Of a DNA stretch of 64,000 bases, positions 13,440-27,457 are shown piece by piece. Both the position numbers and the translations under genes were made by a program. How positions within the stretch are numbered: the stretch's first letter is position 1; the number at the start of each line of letters is the position of its first letter. The stretch lies in the NCBI GenBank assembly GCA_951406725.2, contig OX597826.1, positions 76,818,001-76,882,000 on the forward strand, written 5' to 3'. The notes below the pieces were generated by a model. The model was given only the letters and a program-made list of their open reading frames with translations. It had not been told where the DNA came from and did no database searches. The DNA comes from Octopus vulgaris. Its lineage: Eukaryota.

Positions 13440-14300
13440 TCCATAGCTTAAGGTTTTGGGTGTCGGATCTCCAATCTTTATGAAATCTATCCATCTTATC
13501 CTTGCATCTTCTTTGATGCCAACCTCTATTTCTTTGGGGGTTCCCTCGGCATCCAGTTGGTCAAAGTTTCCGTTCACCCCTTATTACTCGCCCTCTGCAT
13601 TTGTCCAACTCAACTCCATTTCAACAATTTCATGAACGTGATTCATTTTGGTCTTATTTTGTCAAACCCATTTCAATTTTGATGGTCTTTCTAAGTCTTT
13701 CTAAACAAAATTCATCAATGGGCAAGATACGCTGTTTTAGCTTGATTGTTAGGAAATTTCTTGGCTTTCGAATTCCATTAACCTTCAACACGTCCATTGA
13801 GCCTTTAAAACATTTTGCTCCTCTTTCACGAATGAAGGTTTCCCACTGAAGATGATTTCCAGTTTTACATCTTTTTCTTCGTCTGGTTGCTTTATTATAA
13901 ATTCCCCGAAATAAATATAATTGTTTTCTATTTGTAAAGAATCAAGAACTTCATCTTCTAATTGGTTGAAATAAGATTCTTTTGAAAGTTCATTTCTTAG
14001 TCCTTCTTTTTCTGTATTGAGTTTTTCTAGCAAAGTTTGGAATTCAGCCTCACCTCCTAACACAAAATTACATCATCTATTAATAGAAAGCATATATAAT
14101 ATATACCGTTAATCTTAGTCCCCTGTTTTCCTTCTCTTTTCTGCAGTTTTCAAATCATTTATAAGTAGACTATGGCTAACTTAAAGAGAGTAGAAACCCA
14201 CCCAACTCCTCAGCCGTTTTCAGAGAAAATTTATCCATATTTTTTCTGTAGTCTGATTAAAAGATGTAACATGGTGCTAGATATTTCTTAAGACGTTGCT
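13440..14300 (-). pseudogene. Decayed RTE-type LINE reverse transcriptase, C-terminal half (probably continues to ~15900)
   Basis: Minus strand GLKING.Y...L.IDDV (cf. GI.INGE.L.HLRFADDI), EFQTLLEKL...GL, YIYFGE, and W.PR...R.RG...R (cf. W.PR..KR.RGRP..RW). Confidence 0.6.
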
Positions 14301-14505
14301 TTTTGCTGTTTTACACCTCAGTTATGGCTTTCACCACTTCTGATAATCCACGAAATCTGTTGTAGATTTTGATGTTATATTTTGTTATGTTTTAATGTGG
14401 TGGTTCACGGCTCGCAGTTGACAAAAGTGAAAATGCAACTGGTCGATGAAAGAGGATTTCGTCTATTTGTTTGTCATGGGCTGTGATAATAGCTTGTATA
14501 TGATA

Positions 14506-14850
14506 AAAAAGGGTAAAGACCCCCTTCGGTCATGAATGACCATGGGATTGCACCTAGAAAGTTACCCTCCTAGACACAAGTCTGGGCAAGGTTGTTTATG
14601 GAAGACCAGCAGTCGCCCATGCATACCAGCCTCCCCTCTCCACGCCACCAGTGTTATCCAAGGGAAAGACAAAGGTCGATACAGCTTGGCACCAGTGACA
14701 TCGCAACTCATTTCTACAGCTGAGTGAACTGGAGCAACGTGAAATAAAGTGCCTTGCTCAAGAACACAACACCCAGCCCGGTCCGGGATTCGAGCTCACA
14801 ACCTCACGATCGTAAGCTCGACGCTCTAACCACTGAGCCATGCGCCTTCA
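14506..14850 (-). mobile_element. tRNA-derived SINE family D (CORE-like middle), full length
   Basis: Minus strand ggcgcatggctcagtggttagagc...ctcgaatccc...gtgttcttgagcaaggcacttt; perfect 13-bp TSD cttgtatatgata at 14493-14505 and 14851-14863. Confidence 0.9.
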
Positions 14851-15086
14851 CTTGTATATGATACTTACAAGGTTTATAGTTTGGCCTTCTTGTTTAATAG
14901 AATGGTGATTGAATTTTCCTTTGCCAGAAACAAGCGCTGAGGAGTTTTGCGACTTGTCTTAATATTGTCTCTCCTGCATCTTTTAAGGCTTAATTTTTCT
15001 TCTCCGGCAGTTTTACTTTCTTCAGTTGTTAATTCATGTGGGTGGCATAATTTCTGAAATTTCTCATGCCATTGTAATATGAATGG

Positions 15087-15476
15087 CTAGCAGTATCGCC
15101 CGGCGTTGCTCGGGTTTGTAAGGGAAATAACTATATAAGCATTTTTAGAGATGTAAAGTATAATAGCCATCTCAATATGGCTAACCACAAAGGGGGGGGG
15201 GTTAATGTAGATTTTTACGTTCTGAGATTTAATAAATTTTTAGAGAGTTACTTCCCTTATATATGCCAAAAATGCATTAAAATGGGAAAAATTGATGGTA
15301 ATTTTTCTTTTAAATCGTAGACTCATCGTAGACGCGCGCTAATACCCAGAAGGGCTCGATATGAATCACGACTATAAGATACCCGGTTTTGGTTAAACTG
15401 CACCGCAAAATGTGGGAGTAGTTAGGAATCTAAATGGTAGGAGACAGACAGCACACAACCTCTCTTTTATATATGA
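15087..15476 (-). mobile_element. Non-autonomous Helitron
   Basis: Minus strand ends aaacccgagcaacgccgggcgatactgCTAG (subterminal hairpin plus CTAG); starts TC...tatataaa. Confidence 0.8.
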
Positions 15477-15967
15477 ATGATATTGCTTTCTATAAGGTTG
15501 CTTTTGTCGTCGCCATTGTCTTCGTTACTGGCACTGGGTTACAGGTTTTGATAGAACACTATTGAAATTCCAGTGGCCCATTTTCTTCTACAGTTTGTCA
15601 AGATTGTAGCTTCATTATAATGGTACCATTTCACCTTATTCCTTGCTTATTTTCTTCATCAGCCGACTTAAATCCCTTATAGTGTAGAATTTCTTCATCG
15701 AAATAACTCGTGCTATCTTTTTCGGTTATTCCGCTCTTTTTCGCATATTTCTTTATAGAATACCGCATCTTCTATGTCTTTTTTCCCTTTTTTTTTTAAT
15801 AGTTTGTTGTTGCTTCCATCACCCACTTACCTGTGATTTTCTGCCACTTTTGCGAGTTTTGAGTAGATTAATATTTAAAGCTTCTGCGCTGCCTGTTTTT
15901 GTAGTATTGAGAACTCTTTATTCCAACAGTCAACATTAAACGTGCGCGTATGCTTTGTGTGTGCATG

Positions 15968-15998
<31 letters not shown>

Positions 15999-16072
15999 TT
16001 GTGTGTAGAAATACAGATATGAAATTAAAGAAAGGGCAAAGGAACTAGAATTGCGTAATCAACGTCATTGTA

Positions 16073-16117
<45 letters not shown>

Positions 16118-16739
16118 ACAGACATATGCATGTTAGTGTGCATGTATTATGTAGGTATTTCTGCTGTCAAAGTAGAAAACTCTTGGTCAATGCCGTAAGA
16201 AGACATTCACTTGAATCGTTGAAACATGTAACTTAAAACTTATGTAAAATTTAAAAGGGAGTTTCTCTTGTTCTTGTCAAAAATATCAAAATATTATTTG
16301 TCATTGCGTAATACCTTTTGGGTTTTTTTCATGACATCATAGTTATTTGTTAATAACCATTTAATGATTCCACCTTTAATTATGTAATGAATTTCATTAT
16401 TATTATAATTTTAGGTGAAGGAATAAAGTGTCTATCAATCTACGTAATACCGTTTGCGTATGTTCAGCTGTAGATACAGCAATAATGAGTCGGCTTCGAG
16501 CTGGTTCTCGATTCTGTTGTAATTACATCTGGTATATCGTCGCATCATCACTCATCTTATGCTTCAGGATGGAATTAAAGTGTAAAGATGGATAACATAA
16601 AATGTTGTAAGGTAACTAACATCTGCAGCAAGACACAAACAGGTACAACAGATTGTCTGCTTCTAATGAATTATTAGTTTAGAAATAGATATTAAATAAG
16701 GTGTACACATTTGACTAATGACCACCTTTAAAAAATGGA

Positions 16740-17250
16740 TTTAAATTACCTTTAATTTTCGTCATTAGTTAGGAAATGAAGGTTCCCTGTTTGAATCCTA
16801 CCTCTGTGTATGGCAATATCTAAGAATAGGACACGCGCTGGCGTTGTGAGATCAAAGAGATAGAAAGTTCCACCTCTGTTGATGAAGTTAACAGTTCCAG
16901 CATTGATAATCGCATTTTGACACATTGTTATAAATTTCTTGGATGTGGTCATAAGAGAAAGAATTTCCTTCGTGTTTCACTAGTAATTATTTTATACATT
17001 CCACAAATGCAAAACGCGAAATTTGAAGCCAGCGATAAAGTGTTTCTGTGTACGTTTGTCTTTGATACTCTTGAAGCAAATTGGTCTTTTTAAGCAAACC
17101 CTGGATACAGAGTATCTTTCTAGGATCATAAACGAAACTAAACTCTTTAAGTCATTAGCACAGTCTCATGTATTGTTTCCGCATTCTTGCAGGATTTTAA
17201 TGCGAATTCCTGTGGTACACGCCAAAGACATAACGACGCGAGCTTAAAAA
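16740..17250 (-). pseudogene. Possible decayed Penelope-like RT fragment
   Basis: NFIN...VLFLDIAIHR...T.. resembles the PLE RT C-terminal F+N...FLD+.I....T motif; heavily degenerate. Confidence 0.35.
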
Positions 17251-17721
17251 TGAATCTAGCTTGATGGATCGAACACTGTACATAGCTGTACTTATCCATT
17301 TCGGGCTGCGTTAGAACTCAGGATACTGGAAGGTATATTAATCTATCATAAAATGCATTTTTGCAACAAGGTATACATATATTAGATTGGCTCTGAGGAA
17401 GCCGATTATATCTAAGCACATTAGAATTAAAGACATCATTAAGAAATGATAATATAGAAAGGTACGCCTGGTTCAGAGTGACATAGCGACACCTTATGAA
17501 ACAAGATTAATGTTCTCTCACAGTATGTTTGCCACTGTAGTGTTTGGCATCACCAGCTCAGAGAAGACATCTGTTGGATTTGCTGAAATAAGTAAGTTTT
17601 TCATTATTATTATTATTTTACGATGCACTTACTGAATTCGTCCACCTTTGATTCCCCTTGACATAAGCTTTTTCTTCAGAGCTTTTGTCAGTTAAAGAAA
17701 ATCTCAATGTAATCTGCTTAT

Positions 17722-18034
<313 letters not shown>

Positions 18035-18322
18035 GATAGACTCTCTCTTCGCTTTGGTGAATAAGGGTTGAGAAAGATACAGCAGTAAATCCACATCCGC
18101 TCCATGCCTGTGAAAGGTCTCCCATTACCGTATGGCAAGCTGTGTGCAGGATCAAACCTGTAGATCTCCAGCAGCATCTTGTATTTCCCTTTGTCACCTC
18201 TTCCTTTATCGCACTGGACTTCGCATGGTGGTGTTGGTGCTGGTGTCTTGGTTTACTGAGCAACCTGCACGATAAATATTATTACAGGGGACAGGGTTGC
18301 GCAGAGCCAGCCCCAGTTCCCC

Positions 18323-18420
18323 GTCTGCGGAGTGCTCAGCCACTTGCACGTTAATTTCACGAGCAGGCTGTTCCGTTGATCGGATCAACTGGAACACTCG
18401 TCGTCGTAACCGATGGAGTA
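18323..18420 (+). mobile_element. 3' tail shared with SINE family C, different upstream sequence
   Basis: gtctgcggagtgctcagccacttgcacgttaatttcacgagcaggctgttccgttgatcggatcaac...tcgtcgtcgtaaccga matches 9026-9122. Confidence 0.75.
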
Positions 18421-19746
18421 ACACGTATAAGCAGTCACTGCAAAATAACAACAACAAAAAAAAAATCAAGGCTAAAAGTTTGCATTGTTCCCCAAACATT
18501 TTAATAAGGAACGCAGTTAGCTGTTCGTTGTTGTAAGGAAGTTGAGCAGTTTCATGGTCCGCGGATGATTGGCCGTTCCTTCATAGGAACGAGTATGACA
18601 AAACAGGCATGCGCAAACTTGTTAATGAGGAAAATGCGCGATCCAATTACAGGAAGTGTTTTATGGCGAAATTGGGGGACATTATAGCTCCCGGAATATG
18701 CTTACTACGAAGGGGAAGCACCCCTATGCCATCAGTCCCTTAAACCTTTATCTTTGTGCAGTTGTAGTCGTTCTATTTTTGTCTTTTGCTTTTTTTCTGC
18801 TGTAGTTGCTGCTCTTGTATGACTGCTTGTTGTTGTTGTTGTCGTGATATTGGTAAGTTATATATTTCTTACATCTTTCGTGATTGTTTTTATTGTCGTT
18901 GCTGTTATAGAAGTTGTGTGTTTGTCTGTTGTAATCGTTTGATATCCGATACATAGTAAACCTAGAATGAAACGAAATCTATAATCATAAACAAGGTACA
19001 TAAGGAATTTTAGTTGAAATAAAAATCAAATCACTAAAGTACACTGCCACACCCATTTAGTAGACTATTCTAGAACAAATCATGGTTTTCATATTCCGCA
19101 ATCTGATAGGTCCAAAATTACCATTTTATATTGTTACGACATTAAAGAAATGGTACGAAACTATTCCACGAAGGTTTTGAAAACGGTTGAAAATCAACTG
19201 CTTCAGAAGAATTTAAGAGCGAAGAAGAATTTGACTTCCAGAAACCCAAAGATCTTAAATATAGGAAAAACAAAATATGGTTTATCCTCAGAGATATTTT
19301 GATAGTTTTTGCAAATGATCAATATTGAATACATTGTATGGTAGATGTGATATAATCCCACCACCAGAATTATTAGTCAGCGTACTAATGAGTTAATCTT
19401 GAAGATGACACCGTATGTTATTCAATAGAACAATTGTTAGAGCATGGTAATGGTCTACAGTATTCTGTAGATATAAGCAGAAACTTGGAAATGCTGATGG
19501 AAACATTGTATTACCTGAAGCAGACATAGTTTTCATACAGCACTTATCAGAGCGTACTAACTGGCTCCATGCTGAAACCGTGAAGCTCTCATAGAAGAAA
19601 ACATTAAAATAACACGATTTGGAAACAAGGCAGAAATTCAGATAAAATTGCGTAAAGTTTCAGCTACACCATCAAGAATTTAACAATAGATTTATTATGA
19701 AAAACAAAAGCCGGAAGGAATTTTTATCGGTTTATCACAAACCTGG

Positions 19747-20134
19747 TGGTGGAAGCACTCCGTCGGTTACGACGACGAGGGTTCCGGTTGATCCGATCAA
19801 CGGAACAGCCTGCTCGTGAAATTAACCTGTAAGTGACTGAGCACTCCACAGACACGTGTACCCTTAACGCAGTTCTCGGGGATATTCAGCGTGACACAGA
19901 GGGTGACAAGACCGGCCCTTTGAAATACAGGTACAACAGAAACAGGAAGTAAGAGTGAGAGAAAGTTGTGGTGAAAGAGTACAGCAGGGATCACCACTAT
20001 CCCCTGCCGGAGCCTCGTCGAGCTTTAGGTGTTTTCGCTCAATAAACACTCACAACGCCCGGTCTGGGAATCGAAACCGCAATCCTACGACCGCGAGTCC
20101 GCTGCCCTAACCGCTGGGCCATTGCGCCTCCACA
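19747..20134 (-). mobile_element. SINE family C, full length
   Basis: Reverse complement of 8742-9131; TSD atcac(a/g)aacctgg at 19734-19746 and 20135-20147. Confidence 0.9.
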
Positions 20135-20696
20135 ATCACGAACCTGGAAGAGTAACATTAATGAAATCAACGGAAAAGAAAACTACCTCGAAACTCTCCG
20201 TTTAGTGTAGCTGTTATTATATTAGTAACTAAAAGCTTCTCTTCGTATTGTAACTACTAAAAAAATTTAAATGCAAACCCCAACAAATTTTTTTACATTA
20301 GCATGCGTAATTTTATAGAAATTATTCCTTCTTCCTAGAAGTTTAAATAAATCCACCTTCAAAAAATTCCAAGACATTATATAATGAAATTACATTAACA
20401 TCAATAACTGCTCCCTTTGTAAATATATATTGTAAAACAAACTTCAGTAGAAAACAATAACATTTAAAAAGCTATATTGTGTCATAATTCTAATCCGTTA
20501 AACTTTCAATATCTTGACATAACATTGCGCTTCACAAGTTAACACTAAATCACAGATCGATATAAATCATAATGGGGAATTGCATCGTCACAGAAATCAG
20601 AGAATATCACAGCTCTATATTTAAGTGACGAGGAAATATATACTTTATTTACTTTATTTATATTTGACGGATATTTGTCCTCATCTTGTTTCTGGT

Positions 20697-20741
20697 TAAC
20701 AACGTTTCGGCTGATATACCCTCCAGCATTCATCAGGTGTC
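20697..20741 (-). ncRNA. Minimal type I hammerhead ribozyme motif in a PLE-like terminal repeat (stems partly decayed)
   Basis: Minus strand gacac-CUGAUGA-a-ugcug/gaggguauau/cagcc-GAAA-cg-UU-gu; palindromic stem III (aacgtt). Confidence 0.6.
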
Positions 20742-20933
20742 TTGGGAAAATTTCGAACCTGAGTTCCTAAGGCATTATTATTATTGTTCAGTAAATTAAT
20801 GATCCTATTTTCAAATAAGCCTTACAGGGCACATATGAGCTAAATTATACATGTGTGTGTGTGTTTATATGTGTAGCTATAAACGTATATATACGTCCCC
20901 TCATGTATGCACATATTTATATTTATACATACA

Positions 20934-20971
<38 letters not shown>

Positions 20972-21031
20972 TGTATGTAATATATATTCGCAAATATCGA
21001 ACAGCGAGAATGAATGTTCAACGCTGCATTC

Positions 21032-21149
<118 letters not shown>

Positions 21150-21164
21150 CATATATATATATTC

Positions 21165-21560
21165 CTTTCTTCTCTAGGCACAAGGTCCGAAATTTGGTGG
21201 GAGGAGACCAATCGATTAGATCAACCCTAGTACGCAACTGGTATTTAATTTATCGACTCTGAAAGGATAAAAGGCAAAGTCGACCTCGGCGGAATTTGAA
21301 CTCAGAACATAAAGACAGATGAAATATCTATTTCTTTACTACCCATAAGGGGCTAAACACAGAGAGGACAAACAAGGACAGACAAACGGATTAAGTCGAT
21401 TATATCGACCTCAGTGCATAACTGGTACTCATTTAATTGACCCAGAAAGGATGAAAGGCAAAGTCGACCTCGGCGGAATTTGAACTCAGAACGTAGCTGC
21501 AGACGAAATACCGCTTAGCATTTCGCCCGGCGCGCTAACGTTTCTGCCAGCTCCACTGGC
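21165..21560 (-). mobile_element. Dimeric SINE family A element
   Basis: Two family A monomers joined at gaaata-tctatttctttactaccca; same junction recurs at ~27215. Confidence 0.8.
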
Positions 21561-21741
21561 TTATAGATAAATAAATATTGGTGAATGAGGGAAGTTGATG
21601 TTGCTGCCCTCATCTACGTAGTGGTACTCTCGAGAGGAGATCCAGTTTCTTTTGAAGACACCTACATACTCCCCATGCAGAGGTTTCTCAGGCTTTTGGG
21701 GAGAACAATACGAAATTGTTGTCGTATTAGGTTTTGTGTAT

Positions 21742-21782
<41 letters not shown>

Positions 21783-21966
21783 TATACACACATACACATA
21801 CATAATATATGTATGTATGTATGTATGTATGTACATATATCTAAATAAATTAATATAAATATATGTATGCATATATGTGTATATGTATGTATATATATAC
21901 CTACACATATATATATATACATATATACATATATATATACATGCATACATATATATATATATAAAT

Positions 21967-22015
<49 letters not shown>

Positions 22016-22695
22016 CTTGAAAAAGGATGCGTGGCGTTCGATCATATAATAATATATAAATATATAAATATATGCATATATACATACATATATGTACATA
22101 CCATCATATATATGTATATATATTCATCTATATATACATATATATGTAGGTATGTACATATATGTATATATACATATATTTATATATTTATATATTTATT
22201 TATATATATATATATATATACATATATATATAACCAATTTATATACATTATATATAAGCATTTATGTACACACACACACACTCCGCACACACACCGCACA
22301 CACACATAAATGTCTGCGTGTTTGTATTTGTATGGATATATGTGCATATAGTTATGATCACGTGTGAGTTTTCACGTTAATGAGGGTGCCTCTGTAAAAG
22401 TGTATATCTATGTACGTCTCGACGTCCGTTTCTTTTCGTGTCCTGTCAAACTCCGACACCTCCGGCCCCTACAAGGTATCTATCAATAATTTAAGCAGAA
22501 CCATTCTGTGTGTGCCTGTGAGCTGGGCAATGCCTTCTTTAATCTGAGTATGTGCGTTAATCATTAGCATCGCCATTATTATTATCATCATTATTGTTAT
22601 CATTATTTTTGGTGGTGATGGTGGTGGGTGTGTTAGTACTAGTAGCAGTAGTTAGTTATAGTAGTAGTGGTAACAGTATTAGTATGACATGTATG

Positions 22696-22776
<81 letters not shown>

Positions 22777-22786
22777 TAATATATAT

Positions 22787-22826
<40 letters not shown>

Positions 22827-23653
22827 GCATGTGTGTACACATATACATTTATATATGTGAGCATTTGTGCTACTGTATAGATGTACTCCTGTGTGTATCT
22901 GTATAGTTGTGAGTGTGTGTGTGTGTATGTGTGTGCATTTGTGAATGTATGTATAGGAGTGTCCAGTCCATCCTGTGTATATCATCGGTCGTCCAGCAGT
23001 AAATCTCGCCGGCTTGACGTGATTCTCGTTGGGATATCAGTTAAAGGTTTGCTCATAGTTTGCTCTAAAGACTTCATTGTTTATTACCTATTACTTCTGA
23101 CAGCATAATGTTTAGAAGAAGGTAACCAACAACAACAACAACAACAACTACAACATCACCAACAACGACGACGACGATGGCAGCACAGTTCGGAGACTTC
23201 TACGAAGGCAATTACTATAAAAGCTACTGCCATCACAACAACAACGACAAACGAATGCGACTACAACAACTCAATCAACAACAACGATTATTATAAATAC
23301 AACTACAACAACTGGATAACAATTCTTACAACAGAAATAATCTCGACAATTATCTAGACCAGTCGGTACAATGACAGCAACAAAGCATACTATGTCTACA
23401 ACAATAACAACAATAACAACTACCCTTACAACAACAACAACAGCATCAACAACAAAATGCTATGATAAGAATCATTACAACAATAAACACAGTAATATCT
23501 CTGCCAGATCTGTCATAAATCACGTCTTACCGTCTAAAAATGAAAAGAGCAATGTAGCCCTGCATATGTAAAAGGATGGAATGGTCATGTCTGGAATGTC
23601 TGCTGAATGAGTGTTGATCTCGTGTTGAACAACAATAACAGCAACAACAGCAG

Positions 23654-24005
23654 TGGAGGCTCAGTGGTTAGGGCAGCGGACTCGCGGTCGGAGGATCGCG
23701 GTTTCGATTCCCAGACCGGGCGTTGTGTGTGTTTATTGAGCGAAAACACCAAAAGCTCCACGATGCTCCGGCAGGGGGTGGTGGCGACCCTTGTTGAACT
23801 CTTTTGCTCCAACTTCCTCTCACTCTTTTTTCCTGTTTTTTGTCCCCGACTTCCTACGCAATCGCTGAGCCTGGATGCGCATTCATCCATCCGTCGATGA
23901 TTTCCGTGTCGGGGGTTGACCTGCTTTCTCTTCTGCGGGTCTTACGAATAGCAAAGGACCACGTTTCGAACTTCTCCTACTCTGGGACGAAGACCGCTTC
24001 GCTCA
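23654..24005 (+). mobile_element. SINE with family C head and alternative 3' half
   Basis: First ~175 bp match 8744-8940; then tgtccccgacttcctacgcaa...ggacgaagaccgcttcgctcaa, also present at 34856-35070. Confidence 0.85.
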
Positions 24006-24344
24006 ACAGCAACAACAACAGCAGCAACAACAGCACAAATAACGAGGCAACGGAGGAGCCTATGTACAGTCACTTACCTGTTAAAAAGAGAAGTTAATCA
24101 CCTTTCACCTTTAAACCGAAAGGTGGAGGGGGGGGCTAAAAACAAATGAAGTATACATTGTGCAAAATGTAATATCCTGAATACACAATAGGACAGGATG
24201 GTCACGAGAGGATGGTCATGAAAGGATCAACACGGTAGATATTACATTGACCAATTTATGCTGGGTGAGGGCTGGCCTGGATCGAGATAACAAAAACTTC
24301 TACAACGATGACAAAATAACAACAAGAGTCATTAAAACAATAAA

Positions 24345-24594
24345 TAAATAAATGCGTCCGTTTCAGGCCTAGCCAGGCTCATGGGCCCGGTTTCCCGGTT
24401 TCAGTGGCGTATGTGTTCCCCAGCTGGACGGGGCGCCACTCCATCGCAGCGTTACTCATTTTTTGCCAGCTGAGGGGACTGGAGCAACGTGAAATGAAGT
24501 GTTTTGCTCAAGAACACAACGCGTCGCCCGGTCCAGGAATCGAAAGCACAATCTTACGATCATGATGCTGACACCACTAAGCCACGCGCCTCCA
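24345..24594 (-). mobile_element. SINE with family D-like head and core but a different tail
   Basis: cagctgag...actggagcaacgtgaaatgaagtg...ttgctcaagaacacaac shared with 14717-14770; tail ends in (TTTA)n on the minus strand. Confidence 0.8.
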
Positions 24595-25124
24595 CCATCA
24601 AAATAATACTTAATAATTAATTAGAACAATGATTAGATCAGCAGTCAATAGGATTGCATAAATCAAAGTAAAATAATTATTTTGTATCTGTACTCTATGC
24701 TCAAAATTACTTAATTATATTGTATATTGTGTTTGTGTTCAAATCGCAGACACAATCGAAGCGTTTAACATAATGAAACAATGTCATGGAGATCTACAGA
24801 TTAAAAGATATATCGATAGGAGTTCAAATAAAAGTGAAATAACCTCATTTAGAAACCACTGGGGTGCTGCATTTTTTTTACGTGTTCCAGACCAAAAGCA
24901 GATGGAAAGATGTATTAATAGATATATACAAAGTGATGCACAGATAAACTGATATGAAATGTTATACCTAAAAGTAGTTTTGATCAAATGGCAGCATTTC
25001 GAAGAATTTTTTTTTTTTTTGAAATTCTTTGCTTTTGTTTAACTGATTAACATAACGCATTCAAATATATATCGTGCAAAGGCCCAACAACTTTAGTAAG
25101 AATCTATAAATTAGTCGATACTCT

Positions 25125-25318
25125 TTTCTACTCTTTGACACAAGGCTTGAAATTTGGGGGAGGGGGCCAGTCGATTAGATCGACCCCTGTACGCAACAGG
25201 TACTTAATTTATCGACCACGGAAGGATGAAAGGCAAAGTCGACTTCGGTGGAATCTAAAGTCAGAACGTAAAGACATTTCGCCCGGCGTGTTAACGTTTC
25301 TGCCAGCTCGCTGCCTTC
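25125..25318 (-). mobile_element. SINE family A
   Basis: cacaaggcttgaaatttgggggagggggccagtcgattagatcgacc...ctgccagctcgctgcctt. Confidence 0.8.
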
Positions 25319-25803
25319 ATAAATTAGTCAAGACTGGAAGAGTAATAGTGGAACAAATAAAGAATGGCTATGAAAGAATGCTGGAATAACAGTTTAAATG
25401 TAGTACCGTATTTGGAATACTCAGAAATATTGAAAGTGCACATACACAAACTCATTCCCACATGCACACATATACACACACTAGACACACACTTGCTTAT
25501 CACATAAGAATATACAATGAGTTGACCAGATTTGCGGTATAAACATAAGCACACCTTCAAATGAACGTAACGTGTTCGAGTATATATATATACATTTCGA
25601 AATATTGAAATTATAATTTACTCCCTGGTCGAAAACTGCAGTTTCTGCGGGATTGCTCGTAACATACACGTGGGTATTAAGGATAAATATGTGTTCACAT
25701 TCGGCTGTATATTGGTGTATGTGTTGGTTAAATATCAGTCACGCGATGGCGCTCGATCGCGTACATATTTCATCCTAGCACTCTCAAATTTATATTTGAA
25801 ATT

Positions 25804-25869
25804 CTGCACTGAAGAGGTGAAATAAGTAAGTAAATATTACTTTACTTTAATCCCGAAACGCGTATGTAG
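25804..25869 (+). ncRNA. Minimal type I hammerhead ribozyme with intact core
   Basis: Stem I cugca/uguag; CUGAAGA; stem II gg...aaguaaguaa/uuacuuuacuu...cc; GAAA; palindromic CGCG stem III; GUA triplet, predicted cut after 25864. Confidence 0.75.
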
Positions 25870-26275
25870 CTAATGTGAGTCGTGTGGATTCGTTATCTTT
25901 TTCTTTTTTCCTACATAAAAAAGTGTGTTACTACTTGGGTGATCTTTACGGTAGCAGAAAATGAATTTTAACTCCTATTTCTAAATTCGGTGCGTGATGA
26001 AGCAATTAGCTGACCCCTAATTATAAAAATGTTTATAATTATAGAACATATATATATATATGTTTGATTTGAGAACATAATCTTTTGTGGAGAATGGCGA
26101 TTTGACGTCTATATCTAGCATGTTGACTGACCACTTTTCGTGTTCAGTCCTTAATTGGTATATATAAATATTTTAATCTTCGGATTCTTTTTTAATATGC
26201 TAGACCACTGGTTTTAATTGATAAATATCAATTTCTACCCTTAATTAATTAATTATATATATATATATATATATA

Positions 26276-26661
26276 TCTCTCTATATATAAACGGCAGTTT
26301 GTCTGTGCGTGTTTCTGTGTGTCTGTTTGCTTGTACCCTCACCCTGACCACGGCTTTCAACCGATTCTGATGAAACTTGACACACACATAGCCCAATGTC
26401 ATAATTCAAAACTAACGCAGCGAAAATTTTGAAAAGTTCCCCCAGTTCTGAAAAAAATCGATAAATTCGACATGGGGTCGACAATGAGAAACACAAACCA
26501 CAAACTGTCATGGGGATGCAACTCCACCTTTTTTAACTCTCAAAAAAAATTTACCATCATTTTTTTCCCCATTTTTTTGCTATTTTTTGGCTATAACTCT
26601 CTAAAAATGCTTTATAGTTATTTCCCTTACAAACCTGAGCAACGCCGGGCGATACTGCTAG
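26276..26661 (+). mobile_element. Non-autonomous Helitron
   Basis: a|TCtctctatatataaa ... cctgagcaacgccgggcgatactgCTAG|t; A^T insertion in (TA)n. Confidence 0.85.
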
Positions 26662-26673
26662 TATATATATATG

Positions 26674-26718
<45 letters not shown>

Positions 26719-26758
26719 GTATATATATATATGTATATATATATATAATTGTATATAT

Positions 26759-26823
<65 letters not shown>

Positions 26824-27053
26824 TATATATATATATATGTATAGTTGAAATTTATAAAAAGACAAAAGACGAAGACAGGTGTATGAACAACAAGTAAGTG
26901 TATTATTTTGCCGCTCGGGAAACATCATGAAAACATCTTTTACGTTGAGAGAGGGGCGGCAATAATGCGAATAAACCTAGTATACATATATGTACACATG
27001 CAAAACAAAGATTGGAGACTTCCAGACGATGAATAATTTTATATAAATATATT

Positions 27054-27457
27054 CTTTTCTACTCCTGGCACAAGGCTTGAAATTTATGAGAGGGGGGCAG
27101 TCGATTAGATGACCCTAGTATGCAACTGGTACTTATTCAATGGGCCCCGAAAGGATGAAAGACAAAAGCAACCACGGCGGAATTTGAACTCAGAACAAAA
27201 TACCGGCAGACGAAATACCTATTTCTTTACTACCCACAAGGGTATAAACACAGAAGGGACAAACAAGGACAGACAAACGGATTAAGTCGATTATATCGAC
27301 CCCAGTGCGTGACTGGTACTTATTTAATCGGCCCCAAATGGATGAAAGGCAAAGTCGACCCCGGCGGAATTTGAACTCAGAACGTAACGGCAGACGAAAT
27401 ACTGCTAAGCATTCCACCCGGCGTGCTAACGTTTCTGCCAGCTCGCCGCCTTTAAAG
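27054..27457 (-). mobile_element. Dimeric SINE family A element
   Basis: Two monomers; a single TSD ataaatatatt (27043-27053, 27458-27468) brackets the whole dimer. Confidence 0.85.

Noticed and set aside
17390-17585. Hammerhead (CTGAGGA ... gaagacatctgttgga)
   Set aside because: GAAA box is broken and stems cannot be paired convincingly.
19040-19730. Additional R4-like RT remnant (P.SRL..RTNHGF.I...KIT.LY..DIK)
   Set aside because: Only one faint motif; too decayed to call without an alignment.
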